Source: a virus
Taxonomy: Duplodnaviria > Caudoviricetes
DNA: 64,000 bases
Strand: one strand, 5' to 3'
Virus record (IMG/VR): IMGVR_UViG_2841454579_000002
Span: 1-64,000 of that record
This document shows positions 8,311-18,005 of this stretch, in pieces. Both the position numbers and the translations under genes were made by a program. Within the stretch, counting starts at the first letter, position 1, and the number at the start of each line of letters is the position of its first letter. Below the pieces are notes generated by a model. It had not been told where the DNA came from and searched no databases. It worked only from the letters and a program-made list of their open reading frames with translations.

Positions 8311-9222
8311 TCAGGACATTGATTCTTTGATAGTGTGTTTAATTTCTTCCTGACTTGCGCCATTAGGTAGTGGAATTTCTTCGGCCCAGTTAGGATGAAA
8401 CAGCGACAACTCGCCGCCCAGTCCTACCGAGTCATGTTGAATGTCAGGCAGTTCCTGCCACTCCATGCACTCCACTAAGTTATGGTTCAGCCACTCAACA
8501 ACCTCAATGTCGTCCCGTACCATAAAGTACTGGGCATCGTGGATATGAGCGAAAGGAAGAATGTCATAGCGGTGTTCAGAATCGAATGTGCGTTCCTGCA
8601 AATCAATGCCGGCACGGTTATTCAACATACCGTATGACTGACCAAGCGCATTACCTGCGGTACGTCCTTCTTTCTTGGCCTCGTAGGGCGTTCTCCGGTT
8701 ATTCATCAGGCATTGCTTAATGATAGGAGTACGTACCCGAAGGCCAAAAGCCACCTCTACATAACCGACTTTAGCCGCTTCATCTATCTTGGATTGAACC
8801 CAGGCATCTGAATGGCTGTACATCCGGTGGTAGTTCTGTTCAATTTGCTTGGCTTCCTGCTCAGGCAGACCAAGGCCCATTAAACCGTGATACGTCCCGC
8901 CGTAGGTAAGCAGGAATGTTGGTGACTTGGATTTCTGGCGAAGTGCTTTGTACTTCTGGGCAATGCTGTTAATCGACTCAACCGAAGTCGGGTCTATGTC
9001 CGGCATTTGATCTCCAAAGTACCCGTATGCCCGTAGGCAGTGACCATCGTAGCCATCGGTATACACCTTCAGCTTCTCAGGATCTTTAGTCGTCAGGGCC
9101 GATATACGGTCTTCCAGAGAAGCAAAGTCTGCTCCCATGAATACCCAGCCTTTAGGTGCTTTGAAACACTTCTTAACCAGCTTGGCATACGTAGAGCCAG
9201 TAGACGGAATGTTCTGTAGATT
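8311..9222 (-). CDS. Family A DNA polymerase, exon 2
   Basis: Frame opens NLQNIPSTGS after the intron's terminal G; motif A ADFASLE, motif B RQKSKSPTFLLTYG, motif C HIHDA. Confidence 0.93.
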   Translation of the reverse strand, partial: NLQNIPSTGSTYAKLVKKCFKAPKGWVFMGADFASLEDRISALTTKDPEKLKVYTDGYDGHCLRAYGYFGDQMPDIDPTSVESINSIAQKYKALRQKSKSPTFLLTYGGTYHGLMGLGLPEQEAKQIEQNYHRMYSHSDAWVQSKIDEAAKVGYVEVAFGLRVRTPIIKQCLMNNRRTPYEAKKEGRTAGNALGQSYGMLNNRAGIDLQERTFDSEHRYDILPFAHIHDAQYFMVRDDIEVVEWLNHNLVECMEWQELPDIQHDSVGLGGELSLFHPNWAEEIPLPNGASQEEIKHTIKESMS

Positions 9223-10060
9223 CTCTATATTCGATAAGCTGCGCTACTTTCTTACCCGTTCTCTTATGAACTGCTGCATATCTCTATACAGGATAGACTA
9301 TATCAACACCCATATAGGGTGATTACCGTTTCCACTCGCTTGAGTGTACTCCCTCGCGGGATAGTCGTTCGGCATTTAGTTAAACAATGTTGCGAGGTCT
9401 GTCATGCAGTTGAAGTTGATCCAGTATCCAATTTACATGGAGTGCCGCATCTTCTTCTGAGTCGAATCGTTTAAGGAAATGATTCTTACCATTATGACGG
9501 ACAACCGCTTGCCACTTATTCTTTGACTTGTCCCACGTCACATTTCGGTACTTGGATTTCGTCCCTAATTTCAACCCAGTAGAAGGGTTGTTATAGGTTT
9601 TTAATCCTGTATCCCTGGCGTGTTGTAGGTTCTCTGCTGTAGTTACCCATTCAAGGTTACTTGCTGCGTTATTCAGCTTGTTGCCGTCTATATGGTTTAC
9701 CACAGGCTTGTTCTCAGGGTTTGGTACAAATGCAGTTGCTATAAGCCGGTGAACAAGAAAGGATTTCTTTTTGCCGTCTTTAGATAACTTAACTGCTTGA
9801 TAACCTGAGTTTATTGAATAAGTTTTCATTATCTTTCTGTAGTTACTTACCCTTCCTAGTGAGGATACTTCATACAGATTTTCATAACCGGGAATAGGCA
9901 TTCCGGTTTCTTTCACTTGTTTAACATTTAGCACGGGATTGTCCTTATTGGTATGTTTGTGATGGTACTTAAAGCCCATAAGTAAAGTATACCATGTCGG
10001 AGTTTCCCCGTTTAGGTAATTTTCGACATATTGTTGCCAATATGAAGCCCTATTAATTTA
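9223..10060 (-). ncRNA. Group I intron, IA2-like, 838 nt
   Basis: Exon 1 ends in U (CCU) pairing with GGG in P1; P3 ATTACC/GGTAAT; P7 GACTA/TAGTC; intron ends in G; splicing gives GRLSSSGP-NLQNIP in frame. Confidence 0.9.
9380..9979 (-). CDS. Intron-encoded homing endonuclease (NUMOD4-HNH-AP2)
   Basis: PIPGYENLYEVSSLGRV (NUMOD4); VHRL...VNHIDGNKLNN...NLEW (HNH); SKYRNVTWDK...FDSEEDAA (AP2-like). The true start may be downstream. Confidence 0.92.
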   Translation of the reverse strand: MGFKYHHKHTNKDNPVLNVKQVKETGMPIPGYENLYEVSSLGRVSNYRKIMKTYSINSGYQAVKLSKDGKKKSFLVHRLIATAFVPNPENKPVVNHIDGNKLNNAASNLEWVTTAENLQHARDTGLKTYNNPSTGLKLGTKSKYRNVTWDKSKNKWQAVVRHNGKNHFLKRFDSEEDAALHVNWILDQLQLHDRPRNIV

Positions 10061-11704
10061 AGGTCCCGAAGAACTCAACCGCCCGGAAACCGTGCCGCCC
10101 AGGTTAAAGTTACCGTGCAGATAGTAATGTCCGTCATCTTTCAGTACAGAGCCTTCAAAGGCTTTGATGAACGTACCCAGTATTTTGTCGGCATCAAAGA
10201 AGTCAACAATGGTCTGGATCAGTTCCTTCAAGTCCTCACGCTCTGTCATCCCGTACAACTTCATCAGGGTGTCGCCGCCTGTGGCGGGCGCACCTGAGTC
10301 TGTCTTATCCACCACCGGATACTGCAAGTACTCATAAAAGAACTGCTGCATCTGCGGGTTGGAGTTGGGATTGAACTCTACGTAATCGAAGTCAGAAAGC
10401 GGTTTCACTTTCTTCTTCAGTTTGGCGTTGGCCTTATTCATTTCCTGCTCACGCAGAAGATAAGTAAATTGCTCAACGTCCGTGTGGCCCTGAATGACAG
10501 AAACACACTCAGCGATCTTGGCTTCAAGTACCTTACGCGCTTCTTTCACCATATCCATATCAACCGGCATACCGGTTAATTCCATCTGCAGAATGAGTTT
10601 TACAGAGGGCTTAAAGATGCCTTCGTAAATCTCCAGCTGCTTATCCTGGATTAGGGTCTGGAAGTGCTTATTGAATACGTACCAGGTAGATAGACAGTCT
10701 TTCAGCTGGTAGACCTCCAAGTCCTCTTTAGAGAGTAACCGGATATCACTTACATCCTCGGCAAAGTTGCCGGCGAACTCATGTGACTGGTCTTTTAAAC
10801 CTAGCTTATTTCCTGCTGTACTGTTGGTGGCCAGATAACTGATTAACTTGGTATCGTGGAATGAGCGGGTCAGTATCTCGATACCTTGTTGTTTGCCTAC
10901 TTCGTCCAGAAGATTATCCATAAACAGTGTATTTATGATGATCTTCATGTCGTAGTTGGCGTTGTGGTAAATCAACGTGCCACGGTACGTAAAGAAGAAT
11001 CCACGTAGCAATTGTCGGATCTTGTGGTTCGCCTTTTCGTAATCGTCACACCAGATTACCACCCCGTTATGTTGGTCCCAGGCAAAGCCAATAGTGACAA
11101 TACCTGTTTCCCAGAACTTCAGTGACAGCGTTTCTGTATCACAGGTTAATTCAGGGTATTCCTTGAGTTCCTGCAGCACCGTGTACACATCACTTTCATC
11201 CCGTACATATCGGGCGTTGTGGATAATGTTGCCGCCTATCTCTGCATACGTTCCTTTCAGAACAGACGCAAGGGTATCAAGGCCCATATCCAGTTTTTCT
11301 TGTAGATCGGGGTTATAGAACATCGCGGCGTGGTTAACGCCAAGGATGACCTGCATATCCGTATAACCTTCAATTGCACAGGGCAGGCAGTACCCGTGGT
11401 GCGGTTCGGCTTTCCGTTCCTTGGTGAGCGTTTTGAAGTAGTTACCGTCAGCACAGTAAATGTACTTAACGCCTTGTTCCTTCAAAATAGGTAGCAGATC
11501 TTTCAGGTAGTCCTTCTGCAAGGACACCGGACATTTCGCTTTGGGACCGTAGATAAGGTCGAAACAAATAATGTTTGCTTTGAATCCTCGGTCCTTCAGC
11601 GGCATGTAATAGTATCGCCGTAAAGCCGTATCGTTAAATGACTGGCTCTTAATGAGTAAGGCCACTTCGTACGATTCGCTTTCACGGAAGATAATATGTT
11701 GCAT
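10061..11704 (-). CDS. Family A DNA polymerase, exon 1 (N4 gp39-like)
   Basis: Exonuclease motifs CDTET, YHNANYD and YQLKD; MELTGM, FNPNS, GTVSGRLSS. Confidence 0.93.
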
Positions 11705-11707
11705 TTA

Positions 11708-12229
11708 CTACACTCGCATTGTTTTCATGGCCAGAACCAGCCGTATAGACTTCAGCTGCTGGGCATGGGTGTTTTTAAAGTCTTCCAGTTCTTCTTTGTT
11801 TCTGAAGGGGGAAGTACCGTCTTTGCCCGGCAACTGGGAATGCAGCGAGTGAGGTAACAGTTCGTACAGGTCGTTAATGTTGCCCATGAAGGACAGCACC
11901 TGAATCAGTGCTACCTCGGCTTCACCTACGTAAGACCAGAGCCTTGTCCAGTCTTCAAGGTGCATATCAAACTCATCCCTTAACGACTCATGCAGCCGCT
12001 TCAGTTGAAACGGTAAGGCCGTCAGGCTTTCATGGAAGTAAGGGGTTTTGTTGTGCCGGAAACCAGGCTTTGTTTGCGTCAGTTCGTTATGCCGTACGGC
12101 AATACGGTTAATCGTGTTTTGCCTGGATTTGTAGAATGTTTCGGTAAGGTGGTTTCGCAGTAGCTGCAATAACCCTACTTTGAAGTCACGATTATAGTCA
12201 GGCCGATTCGGGGTACTCATTGAAGTCAC
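11708..12229 (-). CDS. Conserved N4-like protein between helicase and polymerase
   Basis: 173 aa; synteny. Confidence 0.7.
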   Translation of the reverse strand: MTSMSTPNRPDYNRDFKVGLLQLLRNHLTETFYKSRQNTINRIAVRHNELTQTKPGFRHNKTPYFHESLTALPFQLKRLHESLRDEFDMHLEDWTRLWSYVGEAEVALIQVLSFMGNINDLYELLPHSLHSQLPGKDGTSPFRNKEELEDFKNTHAQQLKSIRLVLAMKTMRV

Positions 12230-13490
12230 CTGTCAGGTAGCGTTGAGGAAGTTCCCCACACATCACGACTTCTTTAGAAGCACGGGAAACAGCGACATAA
12301 AGTAAACGTGCGACATCATCCGGATTCTGGCAGTAACCCAGATCGGTTAAGTCGATGAATACTTTTTCGTAGGTTGAGCCTTGTGATTTGTGCACGGTAG
12401 ATGCGTAGGCCGGACGGAGATCGCCCCAGAAATCTTTAATTTCAAAGTATGATTTCCACTCTTTCTCTTTCGCCATACGGCGAAGCAGCTGCTTCACTTT
12501 CCACCGTTCTGTAGGACAGAACATGGTGAAACCGCAACTCAGTGTTACGTCATAGCCTTCGACATCGGCAAGTACAGACGGTGTAGAGCGTTCGATAAGC
12601 ACCGGCTTATCTGTGCTGTACATCACTTCCTGTTTGGCTGAGATAATGGGTTTGTTCGTGATCAGGTATTCACCTGCAGGATACGGCTCATGAATGCCCC
12701 GTTCATCAGCAATGTACTCGTTGTACTCAGATACACGGTCATTACGCCATGCCAGTACCTTGCAGCTGTTATCTGCCTTGTACTGTGCAGACGTAAAGGC
12801 AGCATCAATCTCAGACTGAAATGTCGGGCCATTGACGTGTCTTACTGCTGTACCGTCACAAACGAACGGTTTGAAGATTTTGGTTTCTACCGTGTTACGG
12901 TAAAGTGCCGAAATATCACTGATAGGGCCATCGTGCCGCATGATCTGACGTAACTTGGCCGTTGGTATACCTTGTCCGAAGATAGGGCTTATATCGGTGT
13001 TCACGCTGATTAGCTGGCACGGGTCACCCATGTATACGACTTTACAGCCGTAAGTCAGGTCTTGGATGTACTCTTTCAATTCGTTATCAATGAAGCTGGC
13101 TTCATCAATGATGATCAAAGAGTTCTCTTTAGGTGCTGCACCACGCCCCAGGGTCAGTTCCTGCTCTCCGGTTCTGTAGTTATTCTTCAAAACCAGTCCC
13201 AGATAGCTGTGGATAGTCAGCGGGTCAGTGTTCATGCTGTCAGCAAGTACGGTGGCCGCTTTGCGTGTGGTAGCTGTTACCGCGATTTCCTCAAACTCAG
13301 GGATCTTCTGGCCCAGTAGTTCAGTACTTTTACGTAAGGCATCCAACGCACCAATCATATACTTGATCAGGGTTGTCTTGCCTGTGCCGGCGAACCCTTC
13401 AATGACAAACTCTTGTTGTTCAGGATTTAACAGGAAGGCGATAAAGGCATTCTTTGCCTTCTTCTGGTCTTCATTTAATGTGATATTCAT
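12198..13490 (-). CDS. SF1B (Dda/RecD-like) DNA helicase
   Basis: GFAGTGKTT, IIIDEAS, GDPCQL, YASTVHKSQGSTY, YVAVSRA; probable start MNITLN with GGAGA SD. Confidence 0.93.
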   Translation of the reverse strand: MNITLNEDQKKAKNAFIAFLLNPEQQEFVIEGFAGTGKTTLIKYMIGALDALRKSTELLGQKIPEFEEIAVTATTRKAATVLADSMNTDPLTIHSYLGLVLKNNYRTGEQELTLGRGAAPKENSLIIIDEASFIDNELKEYIQDLTYGCKVVYMGDPCQLISVNTDISPIFGQGIPTAKLRQIMRHDGPISDISALYRNTVETKIFKPFVCDGTAVRHVNGPTFQSEIDAAFTSAQYKADNSCKVLAWRNDRVSEYNEYIADERGIHEPYPAGEYLITNKPIISAKQEVMYSTDKPVLIERSTPSVLADVEGYDVTLSCGFTMFCPTERWKVKQLLRRMAKEKEWKSYFEIKDFWGDLRPAYASTVHKSQGSTYEKVFIDLTDLGYCQNPDDVARLLYVAVSRASKEVVMCGELPQRYLTGDFNEYPESA

Positions 13491-13556
13491 GGCTTCTCCA
13501 TGGGGGTAAAAAAAGTAGGGGAGCGGAATGCAATGGGACTCCCCCACTGGGGAAAC

Positions 13557-13712
13557 CTAAAACTGGTTCATCACGTACACGGCAATGACGGTCATTAAAA
13601 AACCGACTATGTGCGTGAGAATGTTGATTGTGCGCCGGTCCTGCTTTCGCAGGACTTGGGCGCGTTTCAGTAGTTTGTGCAGATGCGCCACCCTCTTGTG
13701 AGGGTCTTTCAT
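13557..13712 (-). CDS. Membrane microprotein, 51 aa (not in track)
   Basis: ATGA overlap with the vWA gene stop; MKDPHKRV...ILTHIVGFLMTVIAVYVMNQF (basic region plus C-terminal TM); followed by a hairpin and T7 tract. Confidence 0.7.
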   Translation of the reverse strand: MKDPHKRVAHLHKLLKRAQVLRKQDRRTINILTHIVGFLMTVIAVYVMNQF

Positions 13713-14833
13713 CGTTCAAGCAACTCGTAGTGAATGACTTTGCCGGTATCGGCCTTAAAGTGCAGGTTGTCGTGGATTATCCAGAAGATCTGGCCTTCAC
13801 GGGGAATAGGACGTTCCCTTATATCGAAACATCCGTCAGTGAAGATAATCGAAACTTCCGGCTTTTCCTCTTTGATGTCGTCCAGTACGGGACCAATGCG
13901 CGTACCGCCGCCACCGTGGAATACCAACTCAACAACATCACGCAGTTCGTTAACTGTGTGCTTATCAGTCAGACGGGTATCAAAGGAAATAACCTCTGTA
14001 ACACTGGGTTGCAGCTTCTTAACGATATGGAATATCTCAGAGATAAACTGGTCAAACTCAACCTGTGTGATTGAGCCGGAGATATCCACGTAAATACGCA
14101 AAGAGCCCAGCCGTTCAGAGTACAAACCAGGCATGATGAAGTTCTGATCCAGATACCGCTTATTCGGCTTCTGATAAGAGTAATCATCAGCGGCTAACTC
14201 AGTCAGTACGTTATCCAGAATACGATTCCAGGGCAGCTTAGGAGTTCTGAGGTTATTCAGAAATGTAGTGACACAACCAGGGATAGAGGAACCCTGATTC
14301 ATCAGCTTGGCTTTCATGAACGCAGACTGTACGCGCTCCTCCACCCACATCGCCATGTCTTCAGCGTCCATGTCTTCACATTCACGGATGGACTGATGGA
14401 CAAAGGGCAGATCACGCTCATCCACCATATCTACGATGGTGTAGATATCTTCGCTGGTCTGGTCGGCGTATACCGGCTCATGGATAGCATCATCCAGTAA
14501 CACAAAGCCAGTGCCTTTAAGGATATCGTTAGTCGCGTAGTCACATGACACATACCAGTGCTTCTTACGCTTACCTTTCATACGGCTCACGTGCTGAAGT
14601 GCAGTGTGATATGCCGCTTTAGCCAGTAACGTAATGCGCTGGTCCGGTGTCAGACGGATGAAGGCTTCCGGATTTATCCAGAGGTACTTCCCGTCTGTAC
14701 TGAACAGCGTAGAGGACGTATCCCACTGAAAGCGCAGACTGAACAGAATAGTCGTAATGAATACGCTGTCCGGTCTGGATATCAGATGGATTTTTGCTGT
14801 ATCCAGCAACTTGTTTGCTTCTTCAGTCTGCAT
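13709..14833 (-). CDS. vWA-domain / metallopeptidase-like protein (N4 gp25-like)
   Basis: STDGKYLWINP N-terminal domain; MIDAS VDISGS, GGGGT, IIFTDG. Confidence 0.88.
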   Translation of the reverse strand: MQTEEANKLLDTAKIHLISRPDSVFITTILFSLRFQWDTSSTLFSTDGKYLWINPEAFIRLTPDQRITLLAKAAYHTALQHVSRMKGKRKKHWYVSCDYATNDILKGTGFVLLDDAIHEPVYADQTSEDIYTIVDMVDERDLPFVHQSIRECEDMDAEDMAMWVEERVQSAFMKAKLMNQGSSIPGCVTTFLNNLRTPKLPWNRILDNVLTELAADDYSYQKPNKRYLDQNFIMPGLYSERLGSLRIYVDISGSITQVEFDQFISEIFHIVKKLQPSVTEVISFDTRLTDKHTVNELRDVVELVFHGGGGTRIGPVLDDIKEEKPEVSIIFTDGCFDIRERPIPREGQIFWIIHDNLHFKADTGKVIHYELLER

Positions 14834-14841
14834 AGCCTTCC

Positions 14842-15852
14842 TTAGAAGTAAGATGAAAGTTCGTCAGCCTTTTCCAACCACTTTTCATTGGCTGAAATCT
14901 CTGTGTACCGGCGGCCCATTTCACGGATAGTAATTACCTGAAACTCTTTAGGCATACGGTCAACGAATGACAGCAAGGCCGTAGCGTTAGCGGGGCCGGT
15001 GTGTTTGGCGATTAAACCTGACAGTGCGAACAGGCTACTCGGGTCGTTCGGTACAACAGCGTCTTCCGGCGTTTTAACGATAGACACCAGATCGGGCAGC
15101 TGGTCGTATACACGGGTAAACTGGTGGAACTCATGAGCCACACCTTCACTGATTGCACCACCCAACAGAATGACGCTCTTTGAATCCAGCTTCACTTTCT
15201 GCAGGATGTTGCTGGCAAAGTGCCATGTACGAGGACACGCGAAGGTTTTATCCGAGTGGTCCGGCTCAAACGTATGCAGGCTGTCAGGGCGTGATTGCAG
15301 GTAAGACGTGATACGGTAATCAATACCGTTCATCTGTGCCCACTCAATCCAGTCATTCGCGGATACTGTCATTTCGATGTGTACCAGTCGTGACTGCATG
15401 GCAGTACCTAAGCGGTTTACCAGTGCACCGTCTGTTTCAAGGTTACCGGCGGCAACCAGTGCTACATCAGGGTGTAAGGAGAACTTACCGACCATACGGT
15501 CCAGCAACAGTTTGTAAGCGGCACGTTGGACTGTCTGCGGAGCATGGTTAATTTCATCTAAGAAGATAAGCCAGCCGCTTTTACCTTTAGGTAATGTCCA
15601 GTACTCCAGCGGGAATAAATCCAGTGGTACGTACTCAGCAATGTCGTCAGTGACTTTAGGGAAGCCATTCAGGTCAGTCGGGTCACACTGGCTCAGACGC
15701 ACATCAATCAGTTGCAGGTTGTATTCTTCTGCAATCTGCTTAACTACATCAGATTTACCGATGCCAGGGCTTCCGTGCAACATAGGGACTAACCCAGCCT
15801 GAATACTTGTTTCGATAAACTGCTTAGCCACTTTCGGGCTTACTGCACTCAT
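14842..15852 (-). CDS. MoxR-like AAA+ ATPase (N4 gp24-like)
   Basis: GSPGIGKS, IFLDEIN, AAGN, CPRTW. Confidence 0.92.
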   Translation of the reverse strand: MSAVSPKVAKQFIETSIQAGLVPMLHGSPGIGKSDVVKQIAEEYNLQLIDVRLSQCDPTDLNGFPKVTDDIAEYVPLDLFPLEYWTLPKGKSGWLIFLDEINHAPQTVQRAAYKLLLDRMVGKFSLHPDVALVAAGNLETDGALVNRLGTAMQSRLVHIEMTVSANDWIEWAQMNGIDYRITSYLQSRPDSLHTFEPDHSDKTFACPRTWHFASNILQKVKLDSKSVILLGGAISEGVAHEFHQFTRVYDQLPDLVSIVKTPEDAVVPNDPSSLFALSGLIAKHTGPANATALLSFVDRMPKEFQVITIREMGRRYTEISANEKWLEKADELSSYF

Positions 15853-15886
15853 AATATTCCTTGGTTTAAATTAAATGATCACCGCA

Positions 15887-15902
15887 GCTGCCGAACGGCA
15901 GC
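15887..15902. promoter_or_regulatory. 16-bp palindrome, copy 1 of 4
   Basis: GCTGCCG-AA-CGGCAGC just upstream of the AAA ATPase gene. Confidence 0.65.
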
Positions 15903-15914
15903 ACTAAACGGTTG

Positions 15915-16559
15915 TTATGCGGATGTGTCTAGTAGCGTTCCTGCGCGTGTTTCGGACATTGGTTTGACACCTACCCGTTGACTGATTTTCCAGTCCACAG
16001 GGTTTGCGATTTGGTGGAGAACGGTACGCAGACGTACCTCGTATTCTGCTGTCATGTCATTCACCGCAACGAAGTCACGGCCATGCATAGGCAGGGGTTG
16101 TTCTGACTGATGCAGGTCAACGCTGTCCGGTTGCTGTAAATTGAATACATGGACTATTTCACCGCCACGACTACGGATGAAACCTGCTTCATTAGGGAAG
16201 CGAACGTCCGTGATGATGATCACATCGGCCTTTGATTTGCTGATGGTGTTATCCATACAACGTAGCCATAAGTCGTCACAGATGAGGTTACGGCCCCATT
16301 CTGTGCCTAACGTCTGCATCATCTTGCGGGGAGACACGCCGTAGCGTGGATCTTCCGCTTCTTTAGCGTCATGGTCTTCCAATTGGAAAGGTGCCAGGTC
16401 TAAGCCAGTTTCCAGCATACGTTTCATATGGTCTGCGAATGCAGCGGTGTCTACGGTTTTGCTGTACTGCTCAATGAGTACCTTCTGCAGAATGTCTGCA
16501 CCGAAGTCTTTGCCTGAACCTTTACGGCCAGCCATACCAATGATTAATGGTTTTCTCAT
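15915..16559 (-). CDS. Deoxynucleoside monophosphate kinase
   Basis: GRKGSGKD, FADHMK, PRKMMQTLGTEWGR, ITDVRFPNE, HQSE. Confidence 0.92.
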   Translation of the reverse strand: MRKPLIIGMAGRKGSGKDFGADILQKVLIEQYSKTVDTAAFADHMKRMLETGLDLAPFQLEDHDAKEAEDPRYGVSPRKMMQTLGTEWGRNLICDDLWLRCMDNTISKSKADVIIITDVRFPNEAGFIRSRGGEIVHVFNLQQPDSVDLHQSEQPLPMHGRDFVAVNDMTAEYEVRLRTVLHQIANPVDWKISQRVGVKPMSETRAGTLLDTSA

Positions 16560-16588
16560 GTTTTCCTCTCACACAAAAAAGCCAGCTA

Positions 16589-16948
16589 TTAAGCTGGCTC
16601 TGGTTGTTCAATTTTTTGGATTTGTTTATCAATCAGATCCCGTTGTGTACGGAACCGGTCAAGCAAGGCTTGTTTGCCTTTATCCACTTTCAGGTCGATG
16701 GGTTGGGGGAACAGATCGTCCAGCGATTCACGGAAGTATTCCCGCGCTGCATGCCAGTCAGGTACACCGAAGAACTGCTCTATTTCTTCACGTACCAGTA
16801 CGACTTCTGTACCGAAATCTGTAACGACATGGAAAATACCGTTATCTTTTACACAGGTCACAACGGCGTTGCCGATGCGACCGGTGACAACAGGAATCAG
16901 TACCAGACCAACTTCCACCTTTTCAGGTACAGGCAGTAAGTTATTCAC
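16589..16948 (-). CDS. Hypothetical protein
   Basis: Probable GTG start at 16948 overlapping the upstream stop; ends in a terminator at 16575-16599. Confidence 0.65.
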   Translation of the reverse strand: MNNLLPVPEKVEVGLVLIPVVTGRIGNAVVTCVKDNGIFHVVTDFGTEVVLVREEIEQFFGVPDWHAAREYFRESLDDLFPQPIDLKVDKGKQALLDRFRTQRDLIDKQIQKIEQPEPA

Positions 16949-17279
16949 TTTTTGCTGCCAGCATGCGGTAGGCTTCCAGTTCGTAGATGCTTTGGAACGC
17001 ATCTTCAAACGAGACCTTCTTACCGATTTCTTCACGGAAGTTCTCAGGGTCCAGTGCCAGACTTGGCTTACTGACTGCAACGAAACCACCACGTAACCGG
17101 ATACCACAGAACATCATCTGCTGGCCGGCCAGTACAATCGTTTCGTAATCAACGGATTCAATACGGGAAATGATGCCACGGCTGCTGATGTATTCACCTT
17201 TACAGCCCATGTCTAACATCATGGCTTCAATTTGTTCGCACCGTGTCGGTGACTTTGGTTTTACTTCACGTACAGGCAT
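16941..17279 (-). CDS. N4 gp49 / Sf6 gp66 family protein
   Basis: FCGIRLRGGF...DPENFREEIGKK...IYELEAY matches the family pattern as recalled. Confidence 0.8.
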   Translation of the reverse strand: MPVREVKPKSPTRCEQIEAMMLDMGCKGEYISSRGIISRIESVDYETIVLAGQQMMFCGIRLRGGFVAVSKPSLALDPENFREEIGKKVSFEDAFQSIYELEAYRMLAAKSE

Positions 17280-17281
17280 AG

Positions 17282-17422
17282 TCAGACCTTAGACTTAGGT
17301 GCAGTATTTTTGTCGCTGTTGCCGCCAACAGTAGCGTTGCTTTTTTTGTCCTTGCGGATCTTAACCAAAGCAGCAACAAGTATGGCTACAACGCCCAGTA
17401 AAATGTAATCAGTAGTGGTCAT
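17282..17422 (-). CDS. Single-TM microprotein, 46 aa (not in track)
   Basis: GGAGA SD; MTTTDYILLGVVAILVAALVKIRK... Confidence 0.7.
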   Translation of the reverse strand: MTTTDYILLGVVAILVAALVKIRKDKKSNATVGGNSDKNTAPKSKV

Positions 17423-17449
17423 GTATTTCTCCAATAAAAAAGCCAGCGG

Positions 17450-17581
17450 TCAGGCTGGCTTATCTTTTCTAATTCGGCGTTGGTATTGCCGCTTGTCTCT
17501 GCGTCTGGATTGTTTGTAGTCATGGACTACGGCCAGAGCGATTAAGCCAAGTGACATCAAGATCAGACCTGCTTCTAACAT
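17450..17581 (-). CDS. Single-TM microprotein, 43 aa (not in track)
   Basis: MLEAGLILMSLGLIALAVVH plus an Arg-rich tail; overlaps the upstream stop. Confidence 0.6.
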   Translation of the reverse strand: MLEAGLILMSLGLIALAVVHDYKQSRRRDKRQYQRRIRKDKPA

Positions 17582-17763
17582 TCTGTGTCAGACAAGGCAG
17601 GGCCGATGTACGGGATAGGTTTGTATTCCATTTCAGGAATCTGGCTCTCAGCGCGGCGTGAGGAGGCTTTTCTTCTGCTGGACAGTACAATGTACCAACC
17701 GAACAGCGTAGCGATGCACAGGCAGGCCAGAGGAGCCAGAATAAGCATTTCAACCAGGTTCAT
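17575..17763 (-). CDS. Single-TM small protein
   Basis: 62 aa; N-terminal hydrophobic helix; TAATG coupling. Confidence 0.7.
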   Translation of the reverse strand: MNLVEMLILAPLACLCIATLFGWYIVLSSRRKASSRRAESQIPEMEYKPIPYIGPALSDTEC

Positions 17764-18005
17764 TACTTATTCTCGATAGCGTTGCGTATTTCTACGCGAA
17801 GGTTTTTAGTAGTGTCAGACACAAACACAGCACCGTGAACGATAGGCCACCACCGGTCTAATGCTTTCATCAGAGCCAGTTTCATCTTACCGTTATGGTC
17901 TTCCAGTGTTTTGATGTAGCGGGATAGTTCGATATCCGTTTCCTGTTGGATTTGGATTATCTCAAGCAGCTCCCGCTTGCTCATGCCTTCAAGGTTGTTG
18001 ATCAC
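17763..18005 (-). CDS. Hypothetical coiled-coil protein
   Basis: 80 aa; coupled to neighbours. Confidence 0.65.
   Translation of the reverse strand: MINNLEGMSKRELLEIIQIQQETDIELSRYIKTLEDHNGKMKLALMKALDRWWPIVHGAVFVSDTTKNLRVEIRNAIENK

Noticed and set aside
8311-11704. DNA polymerase as a pseudogene or two separate genes
   Set aside because: Group I intron hallmarks and an exact in-frame junction explain the break.
13508-13706. Apparent structured ncRNA (GNRA hairpin GTCCTGC-GAAA-GCAGGAC) between the vWA and helicase genes
   Set aside because: A coupled 51-aa TM ORF (13557-13712) plus a terminator explains the gap; the 82-aa track ORF here is probably spurious.
13709-15852. AAA+/vWA gene pair as a novel system
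   Set aside because: It is a conserved, known feature of N4-like genomes.
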